DNA of 64,000 nt, taken from NCBI GenBank assembly GCA_036517255.1, contig DATDXE010000004.1:30543-94542 (forward strand), in the 5' to 3' direction. Under the pieces are notes generated by a model, which saw nothing but the letters and a program-made list of their open reading frames with translations, was not told where the DNA came from and did not search any database. Made by a program: the position numbers and the translations under genes. The stretch comes from Minisyncoccota bacterium. GTDB lineage: Bacteria > Patescibacteriota > Minisyncoccia > Phycocordibacterales > WO2-35-19. This document shows, one piece after another, positions 9,443-20,673 of the stretch (within the stretch, counting starts at the first letter, position 1; each line of letters begins with the position of its first letter).

Positions 9443-10480
9443 ATGAAGAAATTTCTCTCTCCTAAAATTTTGATTCTCACTACTGTTATCCTGCTTGGAG
9501 GAGTACTTTTATATTGGAAGCAAAATTCGAACAAGGCAATCGGAAATTTGAATGTATACGAAGGTAAAACTACGATCACTCGGGCTGAAAAATTGGTAGA
9601 AGGTAGAACGGGTATAGAGGTAAAAAGGATGGATGGGGTCAAAATAAACACTGACGCAAGAGCTTCTATCGTATTGAAAAATGGTGGCCTCTTGCGCCTC
9701 GAATCAGGTTCGGAAGTGGAAATATTGGGAGAAGACAATTTCAAATTGAAGAGTGGTCGAATGTGGTCGAGAGTAGAACCATTATCAGAAAATGAGTCTT
9801 ACAGTGTCGAAACTCCGACTGCGGTCGCCACCGTGCGAGGCACTATTTTTAATGTTGATTATTTATTTAATATAAGCCAGCTCTATGTGGATAGCGGTTT
9901 GGTAAATATGGCTCTGCTCATGGGTACTCCTGAAGAAAAGAAAGGTAAAGAAACTTTGTCGGGAGAACTTTTCGTATTAAGAGACAATAATTTAAAAAAT
10001 GATTTTGCAAAGGGGCCAGTACCTGCACCGAAAGAATTCTATGATGATTGGATACAGTGGAATGTGGATGAAGATGCTAAAGCAGGCTTTACAGAATGGG
10101 CCCATCCTGCTGAAGAAGAAATCGTAGAAGCCGTTCCTATAAACATAGTAAATCCTCCCAAACAAGTAGAGAAAAAAATCACTTCCATATTCCTTTATGG
10201 AAATAAATCTAAAATAAAACAAGGCGAGGAGACTAGACTTCTGGTAAGAGCTAGTTATCCTGATGGCTCTGTGCAAGAAGTGCCATTTGCAAATTTGACT
10301 TGGATAAAAAGTGAAAAGTGGGGAAACATAACTTCCCCCGGCTATTTCGGGAGCAATACAGTGGGTACGACTACCATATCGGCCCAAATAGGTAACTTAG
10401 TTTCAAACAGAGTCACTGTCGTAATCGAAGCGAATCCTGTTGTTCCTCCTCCAAACCCAAATACATATTATGAACCGTAA
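9443..10480 (+). CDS. Secreted FecR-domain protein with C-terminal Ig-like domain
   Basis: N-terminal TM, VETPTAVATVRGTIF FecR motif, Big_2-like ASYPDGS...VGTTTISA. Confidence 0.8.
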   Translation: MKKFLSPKILILTTVILLGGVLLYWKQNSNKAIGNLNVYEGKTTITRAEKLVEGRTGIEVKRMDGVKINTDARASIVLKNGGLLRLESGSEVEILGEDNFKLKSGRMWSRVEPLSENESYSVETPTAVATVRGTIFNVDYLFNISQLYVDSGLVNMALLMGTPEEKKGKETLSGELFVLRDNNLKNDFAKGPVPAPKEFYDDWIQWNVDEDAKAGFTEWAHPAEEEIVEAVPINIVNPPKQVEKKITSIFLYGNKSKIKQGEETRLLVRASYPDGSVQEVPFANLTWIKSEKWGNITSPGYFGSNTVGTTTISAQIGNLVSNRVTVVIEANPVVPPPNPNTYYEP

Positions 10481-12179
10481 CAAGTTTTACTTTTCTTTTG
10501 GATTCCTCACAATAGTGGTTCTTACTCTCATAAATTATTCTGGGGTATTTCAAAATTTTGAATATAGAGCTCTCGACATTTTCCGTTCAGCTCACTCAGC
10601 TCATCCCGATATCGTGATCGCCGCGATTGATAATAAGAGCATAGAAGAAATAGGTCGTTGGCCATGGAATCGAAAAGTGCACGCCGATTTTCTAAATGTT
10701 TTAGATTCCTATGGACCTCAAGTATTAGCTTTTGATATAAATTTTTCTGAAAAGCAAGATGACCTAAACGATAGTGCGTTCGCTTTTGCTATAGAAAATG
10801 CTTCTTTCCCAACAGTACTTACTACCCAAGCTATATTTACAAAAAATTCTGAAACTCCCCAATCATTTTTAAAACCAGTCATATTTTCGAAAAACACTGG
10901 CCACGTGAATGTTCCTGAGAGCGATGATGGTATTACCAGAAAATTTCCTGAATCTCTTGGGACAAAAGAAGAAACATTTCTACCATTTAGTTTCAAATTG
11001 GCAGAAATAGTGGGAGCAAATTTACCAAAAGAACAAAACCTCCTTATAGATTTCAGTGGCAAGGCTGGATCTTTCCAAACAATTTCATACAGCGATGTTT
11101 TAAATCGTAAAATAAAAAGTGAAGATTTGAAAGATAAAATAATTTTGGTGGGGGCGACCGCAAGCGACCTGCGCGATTACGTTTATGTCCCAGTAGCAGG
11201 TGAAATTATCTCCGGAGTCGAGTGGCATGCAAATGTTTTGGACAATATTCTCTTAAGTAGAGCTGTTGCTTATGCGCCAACTAAATACTATGTTCTGCTC
11301 GGCCTAATAATTTGGCTGATCATTTTGCTTTTACCCCTTTCAATAAAAACAAGTAATGTTTCAAAAATATTTACTGTACTAGTTATCGGGCTACCAATAG
11401 CAAGCCTAATACTGTGGCAAACCGAAAGTGTCGCCCTCCCCTTCTTCATCAATCTTGTCGGACTGATCCTAATATTCTTGATACGTTCTGGTTATAAATG
11501 GTACCAGGTTGAGATGGAAAAAAGGAAACTGCATAGGACTATCCAAAATAGATTTTCGCCTCAAGTGGTAGAAGCGATCATGCATGATCCGGAACTGCTG
11601 AAGCTCGGCGGAGTACGTAAAGAAGTAACGGTGCTCTTTTCCGATATCCGCAATTTCACCACCATTAGCGAATCAGTTGCTCCGGAAACTCTTTCCAAAT
11701 TACTGCACGAATATTTCACTGAAATGACGGAGGAGGTGCTCGCGACCGACGGCGTACTCGATAAATTCATAGGCGACGCTGTCATGGCTTTCTGGGGCGC
11801 GCCGATAGAGCAAAGTGACCAAGTTGATAGAGCGGTCAAAACAGGGCTTGGTATGCTGCGACGTCTTACCGCTCTACAAAATAAATGGAAAAAACAAGAT
11901 ATGCCTTTTATAGATATCGGCATCGGCATCCACACCGGCATTGCTACCGTCGGTAACATGGGTTCAGAAAAACGTTTCGATTACACTGTGATCGGTGACA
12001 CAGTCAACATAGCCTCTCGCCTTGAAGGTTTGAATAAGGAATACCAGACCCACTTCATTATATCCGAAGCCACTCTCCACAAAATTTCTCCTTCCCTGAA
12101 CATCCAATCAAAACCCCTCGGCGAAGCCCTCGTCAAAGGCAAAACCCAAGGTGTAAATATTTTTGAAGTTAGCGAATAA
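10470..12179 (+). CDS. CHASE2-domain class III adenylate/guanylate cyclase
   Basis: IGRWPWNR and SGVEWHAN (CHASE2), TM helices, LFSDIRNFT, DKFIGDAVMA, DYTVIGDTVNIASRLEG. Confidence 0.93.
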   Translation: MNRNKFYFSFGFLTIVVLTLINYSGVFQNFEYRALDIFRSAHSAHPDIVIAAIDNKSIEEIGRWPWNRKVHADFLNVLDSYGPQVLAFDINFSEKQDDLNDSAFAFAIENASFPTVLTTQAIFTKNSETPQSFLKPVIFSKNTGHVNVPESDDGITRKFPESLGTKEETFLPFSFKLAEIVGANLPKEQNLLIDFSGKAGSFQTISYSDVLNRKIKSEDLKDKIILVGATASDLRDYVYVPVAGEIISGVEWHANVLDNILLSRAVAYAPTKYYVLLGLIIWLIILLLPLSIKTSNVSKIFTVLVIGLPIASLILWQTESVALPFFINLVGLILIFLIRSGYKWYQVEMEKRKLHRTIQNRFSPQVVEAIMHDPELLKLGGVRKEVTVLFSDIRNFTTISESVAPETLSKLLHEYFTEMTEEVLATDGVLDKFIGDAVMAFWGAPIEQSDQVDRAVKTGLGMLRRLTALQNKWKKQDMPFIDIGIGIHTGIATVGNMGSEKRFDYTVIGDTVNIASRLEGLNKEYQTHFIISEATLHKISPSLNIQSKPLGEALVKGKTQGVNIFEVSE

Positions 12180-12194
12180 TTTTAACTACAAATT

Positions 12195-13106
12195 TTAGTA
12201 ATAATTCTTTGATAAATAGGCTCTTCCAGAATCAGCAAAAACCATAACCACCAAATCACCCTCGCTTAATTGTTTTGCATATTCACTTCCAGCGTAAGCG
12301 ACAGCTCCTGCACTACCACCGATTAATAATCCGTGTTCGCGAGCCATAGTTTTAAGCATTTTTATTGCCTGTTCATCAGTTACTGGGAAAAATTCATCGA
12401 TTACTTTTTCATCTACACAAGGAGCGTTAAAATCTATACCGATACCCTCAAGTTTATATGGTTTAGGATTACCTTTAGTCTGATGAAAAGATGTGGCTGT
12501 ATCGACTGCTATAACTTTAATATTAGAATCTTTTTCTTTAAGGAATTTTCCTACTCCGCTAATATGACCACCGGTACCTACAGCCGCAATAAAATGTGTA
12601 ACCTTTCCCTCAGTCTGCTTCCAAATTTCAGGAGCTAATGAATGATAATACGTTTCAGGATTTTTCAAATTAAAATATTGATCCGGCATAAAAGCGTTCG
12701 GAGTTTCAGTTAAGATAGTTTTCGCTCGATTGTGATAACTATCAGGATCATCAATAGAATCAGTTAACGGACATTCTACGATTTCTGCTCCATACGCCTT
12801 GATAGCTTTGATTTTTTCCTGACTTACTTTCTCTCCTGATAAAGTAATGACGACTTTGTATTTTTTGATAGCACCAATCATTGCTAGAGCTATGGCTTGA
12901 TTACCAGAAGACGCCTCAATGATCGTGCCGCCAGGTTTTAATAAACCTTCTTTTTCCGCCTGCTCAATCATGTAAAGAGCAGAACGATCTTTGATACTTC
13001 CACCTGGGTTTAAATATTCTAATTTAGCCAAAAATTTAGCGGGTCCAGAAAAACCGACTTGGATTAAAGGGGTATTACCTATTAAGCTCAAAACATCTTT
13101 AAACAT
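12195..13106 (-). CDS. cysK: Cysteine synthase family PLP enzyme
   Basis: IGNTPL, AKLEYLNPGGSIKDR, EASSGN, GTGG. Confidence 0.88.
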   Translation of the reverse strand: MFKDVLSLIGNTPLIQVGFSGPAKFLAKLEYLNPGGSIKDRSALYMIEQAEKEGLLKPGGTIIEASSGNQAIALAMIGAIKKYKVVITLSGEKVSQEKIKAIKAYGAEIVECPLTDSIDDPDSYHNRAKTILTETPNAFMPDQYFNLKNPETYYHSLAPEIWKQTEGKVTHFIAAVGTGGHISGVGKFLKEKDSNIKVIAVDTATSFHQTKGNPKPYKLEGIGIDFNAPCVDEKVIDEFFPVTDEQAIKMLKTMAREHGLLIGGSAGAVAYAGSEYAKQLSEGDLVVMVFADSGRAYLSKNYY

Positions 13107-13112
13107 AATGGA

Positions 13113-14045
13113 TTAAGGTGTCGACTTGAAAATACTACACACATGACCTGCTTGCTTTCCTTCTTTTTCGAATGCTTCTAGGGCTTGCGTGGCTGTAATT
13201 CTAAATGGTTTCAAAACTTCTTTTAACTTGGGAGTGCTCCATTTTTGATTTTCAAGCTTGTCCTGCCAAAAGGCCCATGTTTTTTCGTGATCATAAAAAT
13301 CAAATTCGACACCATTTTTCTCGTCCCTAGAATAACCCGCTAGAGTATCTTCCGGTTCACTTTGAATTTTATAGATACTGACCAATTCTTTTACTTCATA
13401 TTTATTGGCAAAATAGAGTTGCTCCAAAACTTCATACGGGACTCTAGCACCTACGGCATTTACAATAACCCCTCCTGGATTTAGAACCTGTTTAGCTTGT
13501 TTTAAAAATAAATACTGTAGAGTCAGAGACCATTTCTGTAAAATCTCTGGACAATCTTCTACGTCACGAGCTAGGAATTGAGATGCAGCAACCTTCTTAT
13601 CAAACACGAGTCCATCAGAAGGAACATTGGGAATATTAGCGTACACCAAATCGACTTTTATACCTCTATCAATCAATGGCTGACATAAATCACCCAAGTA
13701 AGTTTCTACTTCCGTGCTATCGCCAATCAAAGATTTAGCATTTTTTTGAGCAAGTTCTGGAATGTTTGGATGAATGTCTACCTGGTAGATTTTCTTCGGA
13801 TGGAAAAGTTCGTAGACTCCGATTGAATCAATCCCAGAACCTGTACCAATAGTAGCAAAAGTTTCTGCTTTAAAACCTTCTTTCTTTAGTTCCTGAAAAC
13901 CCAAAAATACAGGATACAGCCAACTATCCTTCGGTTTTTTAGGATCGAAGTCATAGGTATTACTATTCATTTCTACTAGACCCATCTTGTCTATACCCAC
14001 TGTACTAAAAAGATCTCCTACTTCTAATGTCCAGGTTTTATCCAT
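13113..14045 (-). CDS. SAM-dependent methyltransferase-like protein
   Basis: TIGTGSGID, VDIH, GDL, YANIPN (HemK-like motifs). Confidence 0.65.
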   Translation of the reverse strand: MDKTWTLEVGDLFSTVGIDKMGLVEMNSNTYDFDPKKPKDSWLYPVFLGFQELKKEGFKAETFATIGTGSGIDSIGVYELFHPKKIYQVDIHPNIPELAQKNAKSLIGDSTEVETYLGDLCQPLIDRGIKVDLVYANIPNVPSDGLVFDKKVAASQFLARDVEDCPEILQKWSLTLQYLFLKQAKQVLNPGGVIVNAVGARVPYEVLEQLYFANKYEVKELVSIYKIQSEPEDTLAGYSRDEKNGVEFDFYDHEKTWAFWQDKLENQKWSTPKLKEVLKPFRITATQALEAFEKEGKQAGHVCSIFKSTP

Positions 14046-14160
14046 ACTAAAAATGTACAACAAATCTATATTAAATACAAAACCCAAGCAGTAAATATTT
14101 TTGAGGTTTCAGAGTATATTTAGTTTTTATTATTAAAGTATTAGTATTTTCTGATAATAT

Positions 14161-14670
14161 ATGTTGGTGGATAAGAAAGAAAATAATCTTGCTTTTATAG
14201 ATGGACAAAATCTTCATCTCGGTACCATACAAAATGGTTGGAAGATTAATTTCAACAAATTTCGCATTTATTTGAAAGATAAATATAAAACTAAAGAAGC
14301 ATATTATTTTCTAGGGTATGTATCTGAAGAACAACAAGATTTATACAACAATCTACAAAAAGCGGGATTCATTGTTTTATTTAAAGAACATAATTCGGCA
14401 TTAATTGCCAAAAAGAAAGGAAACGTAGATACCGACATAGTTTTTGAAATAATGAAAAACCTTATTGATAATAAAGATTTTTACAAAATTATTCTGATTT
14501 CAAGTGATGGTGATTATAAAAAAGTCGTTGACTACATGATCAAAAAAGATGTTTTTAAGAAAATACTCTTTCCAAACAAAGAGTTCGCATCATCTTTATA
14601 TAAAAGTTTGGGTTCAGAATTCTTCGATTATTTAGAAAATCCTGATATCAAAGCAAAAATAAGACTCTAG
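14161..14670 (+). CDS. NYN-domain (PIN-like) ribonuclease
   Basis: AFIDGQNL, KKGNVDTDI, SSDGDY motifs. Confidence 0.9.
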   Translation: MLVDKKENNLAFIDGQNLHLGTIQNGWKINFNKFRIYLKDKYKTKEAYYFLGYVSEEQQDLYNNLQKAGFIVLFKEHNSALIAKKKGNVDTDIVFEIMKNLIDNKDFYKIILISSDGDYKKVVDYMIKKDVFKKILFPNKEFASSLYKSLGSEFFDYLENPDIKAKIRL

Positions 14671-14671
14671 A

Positions 14672-14762
14672 TAAAAGAAAAGGGCTCCTTAGGTATAAAC
14701 CGTTCGGATCCCTCCTCGTCTTAATACAAACACATTATACACTTACCTGTGATGAAATACAA
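14672..14762 (-). ncRNA. Candidate ~55-nt small RNA with its own sigma70 promoter, convergent on the NYN gene
   Basis: TTGTAT(14762-14757)-17bp-TATAAT(14739-14734), then AGGG.TCC..GGT-TTAT-ACC..GGA.CCCT hairpin and TTTTCTTTT. Confidence 0.45.
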
Positions 14763-14804
14763 GTAAATATAGAAAATAGTAAATATAGGCAAAAGTAAGC
14801 AAAA

Positions 14805-15341
14805 TTAAACTGAATAGAACACTTTTTTATAGCTTTTACTTTCGATAAATCTGGTTACCGCTCTCACACATATAAATACAATCAGGGCCGTCATTTGGCC
14901 CAAAATATTTTCGGCGATAATAAAGTAGAGCCCGAGAGCAACAATCATTTCGACAAAATCATACAAGAACCAAGTATTCAAAAACATTAGGTCGGAGTGA
15001 GGCACTCTGTGTTCGCTTTTGATCCGCCATATCCACAAAATATCAGCTAAACGATAGAAAGCAAAAGACATTAAGAAATAGCTAACCGTTTTTTGGGTTC
15101 CAAATATAAGTAGGAACATGCTGAAAATGATGAGGGTGTGCAATATGACATCTATCTCCAACTTCAAAGCATATTTTTTGGCAAGGGGATTGTAATCGAT
15201 CCAATAATCAATAATATTCAAGTAAGCAAAAATAAAAGCGATATATTGCCATGGCTCGCGCAGTTCGGTCCAAAACTGAAAACCAATACCAAGCACCACT
15301 CCGATCATGACATCAATAAACTTCAATTGAAACTTCGGCAT
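14805..15341 (-). CDS. Hypothetical multi-pass membrane protein
   Basis: 178-aa ORF with about 6 hydrophobic segments. Confidence 0.7.
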   Translation of the reverse strand: MPKFQLKFIDVMIGVVLGIGFQFWTELREPWQYIAFIFAYLNIIDYWIDYNPLAKKYALKLEIDVILHTLIIFSMFLLIFGTQKTVSYFLMSFAFYRLADILWIWRIKSEHRVPHSDLMFLNTWFLYDFVEMIVALGLYFIIAENILGQMTALIVFICVRAVTRFIESKSYKKVFYSV

Positions 15342-15360
15342 ACTAAAATTCTAACACGAA

Positions 15361-15909
15361 TTACACTACTTCATATTCCCAACCTGGTTTCCAGGATTTG
15401 GTTTTACGCCAATCTTCGGCGAGAGCTTGTTTCCAAGTTTTACCATTAAGTAAAACTTCTAGAGAAATTTGTGGGGCTTTGTGGCCTACGATAGCAACAC
15501 TTTTCCCATCATAATTATTTTTGAGGAATTCAAGAAAGTCAGTAATACGAGCCTTCACATCTTCATAACTCTCTCCTTCAGGAAAAGGTTTTTCAAGACA
15601 TTCTTCCTCCTGCATCGGCTCCACAATTTCTGAAAGAGCGCCATTCAGCTTTCCATAATTACATTCTCTGAGCCTTGCGTCAGGAATAATCGGATACATT
15701 CCACTCCAAGATAGCTCAGCTGACTTTACAGCACGCTTTAAATCAGAGCAGAATACAACATCAAATTTTTTATCTTTCGTTTGCTCTTTTAAATCAATCG
15801 ACTGTTTTATCCCGATATCAGAAAGTTCAACATCTTTCCAGCCAGAGGAAACATGTCGTTCGTTATCGGTAGTAGTGCCATGTACAAAATAAGTTATTTT
15901 AATTGACAT
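15361..15909 (-). CDS. Histidine phosphatase family protein
   Basis: VHGTT (RHG variant), SDLKRA, LRECNYG, GESYEDV, GHKA; true start MSIKITY at 15909. Confidence 0.85.
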   Translation of the reverse strand: MSIKITYFVHGTTTDNERHVSSGWKDVELSDIGIKQSIDLKEQTKDKKFDVVFCSDLKRAVKSAELSWSGMYPIIPDARLRECNYGKLNGALSEIVEPMQEEECLEKPFPEGESYEDVKARITDFLEFLKNNYDGKSVAIVGHKAPQISLEVLLNGKTWKQALAEDWRKTKSWKPGWEYEVV

Positions 15910-15985
15910 AAATTTATTTTTCGAAAACTTACTTGTAAAAAAATCTTCAGTAAATCCCGCCGCCGCTAAAGCTATAGCGGGCGAA

Positions 15986-16072
15986 GGCGGAACCGGAGAG
16001 ATTTGAACTCTCGAGACCTTTCGGCCTACTCGCTTTCCAAGCGAGCGCACTAGACCACTATGCGACGGTTCC
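15986..16072 (-). tRNA. tRNA-Ser(GGA)
   Basis: GGAACCGTCGCATAGTGGTCTAGTGCGCTCGCTTGGAAAGCGAGT..long variable arm..GTTCAAATCTCTCCGGTTCCG. Confidence 0.95.
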
Positions 16073-16125
16073 AAAATTATGACAGCTTCAAAATAATCCT
16101 ATAATCTTACAGAGCTATATTACCT

Positions 16126-16527
16126 TTACGCAACGAATTTTGCTACCAGGAAAGAAGAGAAGCCAAAAATCACAGCGCCCCAGAGAGTGTCAATGAGAGC
16201 GACTGACCAATCCCATTTTTCGATTAGAGCCAAATTAGTAAAATTGTAAAATCCATAAACAAGTAAACCAAACAAAGCTCCTCGCAAAAGAACTGAAAGG
16301 GAACTTTGAGCCGGAACATTTAATACAAAGAAAGTAACAAGAGCCGCCATCGAGATGTAGATGAGGATGACAGGCAGAATGCGAGGCGAAACAGCTCCTT
16401 CAGGATTCAGACGGAGAATGGTACTCAAATGATTGTAGTAAAAAGAGTTGGCGATGAAGCCGACCCACAAAAGATCGAGAGCAGCGATAGCAATAATAGA
16501 AGCAAAAAATATTTTTATGGTGTTCAT
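16126..16527 (-). CDS. DUF2177 family membrane protein
   Basis: LDLLWVG, GALFGLLVYGFYNFTNLA, DTLWG. Confidence 0.85.
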   Translation of the reverse strand: MNTIKIFFASIIAIAALDLLWVGFIANSFYYNHLSTILRLNPEGAVSPRILPVILIYISMAALVTFFVLNVPAQSSLSVLLRGALFGLLVYGFYNFTNLALIEKWDWSVALIDTLWGAVIFGFSSFLVAKFVA

Positions 16528-16642
16528 ATATTAAAAATAATATCACAAAAAAGAGCCTGAAATATAGCCTTTTGCACAATCCCCTTTTACCCCTTGCTTT
16601 TTATATCGGAGTATGATACACTGTACCCAGATGGAGGTGAGT

Positions 16643-16762
16643 ATGTACTTAGTTTTATTGAGTATAGTTCTAACTTTAGCCATACATGAGCTGTTCGATT
16701 ACCTTGAGCGCTACTACGCGCAAAAGGATCGAGAAGCTCGAGTCTGGTTGAAGTCCGAATAA
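16643..16762 (+). CDS. 39-aa hydrophobic/charged peptide, type I toxin-like (not in ORF track)
   Basis: Promoter TTGCTT-17-TACACT, SD GGAGGTGA, MYLVLLSIVLTLAIHELFDYLERYYAQKDREARVWLKSE*. Confidence 0.6.
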   Translation: MYLVLLSIVLTLAIHELFDYLERYYAQKDREARVWLKSE

Positions 16763-16801
16763 CTAACCTCCTCTCCCTATACGGTTTCATTCCGCTCCTT
16801 G

Positions 16802-16830
16802 GGGCCAGCACGTGTGCTGGCCCTCTTTTT
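16802..16830 (+). terminator. Intrinsic terminator
   Basis: GGGCCAGCAC-GT-GTGCTGGCCC followed by TCTTTTT. Confidence 0.75.
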
Positions 16831-16856
16831 ATTTCTATTTTATTTACCCAATTTAA

Positions 16857-17741
16857 TTATCCAATGAGAGCTTTTATTCTTTCTTCCACTGGAGGATGAG
16901 TCGCAAATAACTTTGAAATGCTTTTAGCTCCCCTACCAAATGGATTCGAAATAAAAAGATGTGCAGTGGCATTACTCGCCGCACGCATGGGGCGATCGTA
17001 GGTAGATATTTTTTGAAGAGCACTAGCTAAACCTTCAGGATATCGAGTGAGAAGAGCCCCAGAGGCATCGGCAAGAAATTCACGTCTTCGTGAAATAGCT
17101 AGTTTGATAAGAGTAGCCACAATGGGCGAAAGGATAGCAAGAGCGATACCTACTATCATTAAAACATTTCCCTTATTATCATCTCGGCCACTGGACCCAC
17201 CAGACATATGTGAGCGGAGAAATATATCGGAAAGAATAGCAATGAAACCGACAAGCACTACGACCACTGTCATCACCAGCGTATCTTTATTACCTATATG
17301 TGAAAGCTCATGAGCTATTACTCCTTCGAGTTCACTCCTATCAAGCCTCTCTAGCAAACCCGTAGTCACAACAACAGCGGCATGTTCTTTATTTCTGCCA
17401 GTAGCGAAAGCATTGGGAGCTGAATCACCGATAACATAAAGTTTCGGCATCGGCAGGCCCGCGGCGATGGAGAGGTTTTCGGTAACCGTATATAAATCAA
17501 AAAATTGTTCTCGGGTAGCAGGCTTGGCTTTAGTCAGAGCGAGAGAAATTTTATCCGAGTACCAATAACTCAAAAAGTTCATAAAGAAACTAAATATCAC
17601 AGCCACATACAAAATAGTCGGGTTCTCGTAATAAACAGAAAAAAAGTAACCGACAGCGATTATGACCACCAAAAACAAGCCCATCAAAAACCAGGTCTTC
17701 GCCACATTTGCACTTTGATGACTATAAAGATTTGGGGTCAT
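16857..17741 (-). CDS. htpX: M48 zinc metalloprotease HtpX
   Basis: PNAFATG, AHELSH, SRRREFLAD, THPPVEERI. Confidence 0.93.
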   Translation of the reverse strand: MTPNLYSHQSANVAKTWFLMGLFLVVIIAVGYFFSVYYENPTILYVAVIFSFFMNFLSYWYSDKISLALTKAKPATREQFFDLYTVTENLSIAAGLPMPKLYVIGDSAPNAFATGRNKEHAAVVVTTGLLERLDRSELEGVIAHELSHIGNKDTLVMTVVVVLVGFIAILSDIFLRSHMSGGSSGRDDNKGNVLMIVGIALAILSPIVATLIKLAISRRREFLADASGALLTRYPEGLASALQKISTYDRPMRAASNATAHLFISNPFGRGAKSISKLFATHPPVEERIKALIG

Positions 17742-17745
17742 ATTA

Positions 17746-18225
17746 TTATTTTCTGTCTGAAAGAATTTTATGGACCTCTTGGATTTCGCCTAATACGCCG
17801 TCGATCAGGTCATATTCGGCTGCTTCATCCACCGTCACCCATTTGAAATCGGTAGCATCATCGTCAAGCTTCACTTCACCAGAAATATAGGGAGCAAAAT
17901 AACTAAAACAAATTACGGGCACACCATCGGGTCGAATGAAGGTAAGGTCGACCAAAAATTCAGGTTTACCAATTTCTAAATTTACTTCTTCTTTTATTTC
18001 CCTTCTCAAAGATTTTTCGAGTGCTCCATACCACTGCTTTCCGTCTCCAGTACTCGAGGGAGTATCTATGTAATCATCGACAGAAAGGCCACCTCCAGGA
18101 ATGGTCCATTTTCCCGGCATCACTTTCTTATGCATAGCTCTCTTGGTAATGAGGTAGGTAAAATCCGGTTTGTAAACTAAAGCCGTGGAGGTAATCCTAT
18201 GCAATTCTTTATCTTTTATCTCCAT
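17746..18225 (-). CDS. NUDIX hydrolase
   Basis: WTIPGG...LRREIKEEVNL Nudix box. Confidence 0.88.
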   Translation of the reverse strand: MEIKDKELHRITSTALVYKPDFTYLITKRAMHKKVMPGKWTIPGGGLSVDDYIDTPSSTGDGKQWYGALEKSLRREIKEEVNLEIGKPEFLVDLTFIRPDGVPVICFSYFAPYISGEVKLDDDATDFKWVTVDEAAEYDLIDGVLGEIQEVHKILSDRK

Positions 18226-18231
18226 AGAAAG

Positions 18232-18789
18232 TTAGAACTGGACTTTTACGGCTTCGCGTTCTGATTCGCTTCCGTCGAGATCGAAGAATTCCATTTTTGA
18301 AAAACTAAAGATGCCGGCAATTATATTTGATGGAAATGAATCGGTCGCGATATTCAAGTCACGCACATTGGTATTGTAGAAACGGCGAGCGGCTTGGATT
18401 TTGTTTTCAGTGTCAGATAGTTCGCGCTGAAGCTCTTTGAAATTCTCACTCGCTTTCAGATCGGGATAAGCTTCAGCAATAGCAAAAATAGATTTCAAAG
18501 CTCCAGTGAGCATATTTTCAGCCTTACCTTTTTCCTCTAGGCTCCCCGCTCCCATGGCTAAGCTCCTGGCTTTAGTAACATTTTCGAAAGCACTGGCTTC
18601 ATGAGTAGCATATCCTTTGACTGTATTTACTAAATTTGGAATGAGGTCGTACCTTCTCTTAAGCTGCACATCGATATCAGCCCAGGCTTCTTTGGCTCGA
18701 GTGACAAGGCGGACAAATCGATTGTAGTAAGCGACAAAAGAGAGAGCCAGCACCGCAAGTATGATTAAGATAATGTATGTTGGAGTCAT
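18232..18789 (-). CDS. lemA: LemA family protein
   Basis: IDVQLKRRYDLIPNLV, EAYPDLKA, ARRFYN. Confidence 0.95.
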   Translation of the reverse strand: MTPTYIILIILAVLALSFVAYYNRFVRLVTRAKEAWADIDVQLKRRYDLIPNLVNTVKGYATHEASAFENVTKARSLAMGAGSLEEKGKAENMLTGALKSIFAIAEAYPDLKASENFKELQRELSDTENKIQAARRFYNTNVRDLNIATDSFPSNIIAGIFSFSKMEFFDLDGSESEREAVKVQF

Positions 18790-18832
18790 AGTATAAAAGG
18801 TTAGTTGATTGAGCCAATTATAGCATAAATGA

Positions 18833-18988
18833 GAAAGGCCGGCAGCTAGGAGCTGCACGGCCCTTCGTCCCCGCGGAGGAGACTTGGCCCAGGGTGGGCC
18901 TTAGATCGTGTTCGACTAAAAGTGTCCGAGCTTTGGTTGTGTCCTAAAGTTTGGGCAGGTGATAGGAAAACACGACCTGAACTACCGT
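18833..18988 (-). ncRNA. Candidate structured ncRNA between groEL and lemA
   Basis: Extended -10 TGcTATGAT (~19001-18993); multiple stems (GGTCGTGTT/AACACGATC, GGCCC/GGGCC, GTCTCC/GGGGAC) and a terminal GC-rich hairpin. Confidence 0.45.
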
Positions 18989-19011
18989 TATTATCATAGC
19001 ACAAACACATC

Positions 19012-20664
<1,653 letters not shown>

Positions 20665-20673
20665 TTAATTTTT

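Noticed and set aside
15910-16074. N-terminal extension of the histidine phosphatase ORF in the ORF track
   Set aside because: It runs across tRNA-Ser(GGA) and a palindrome; the domain starts at ATG 15909.
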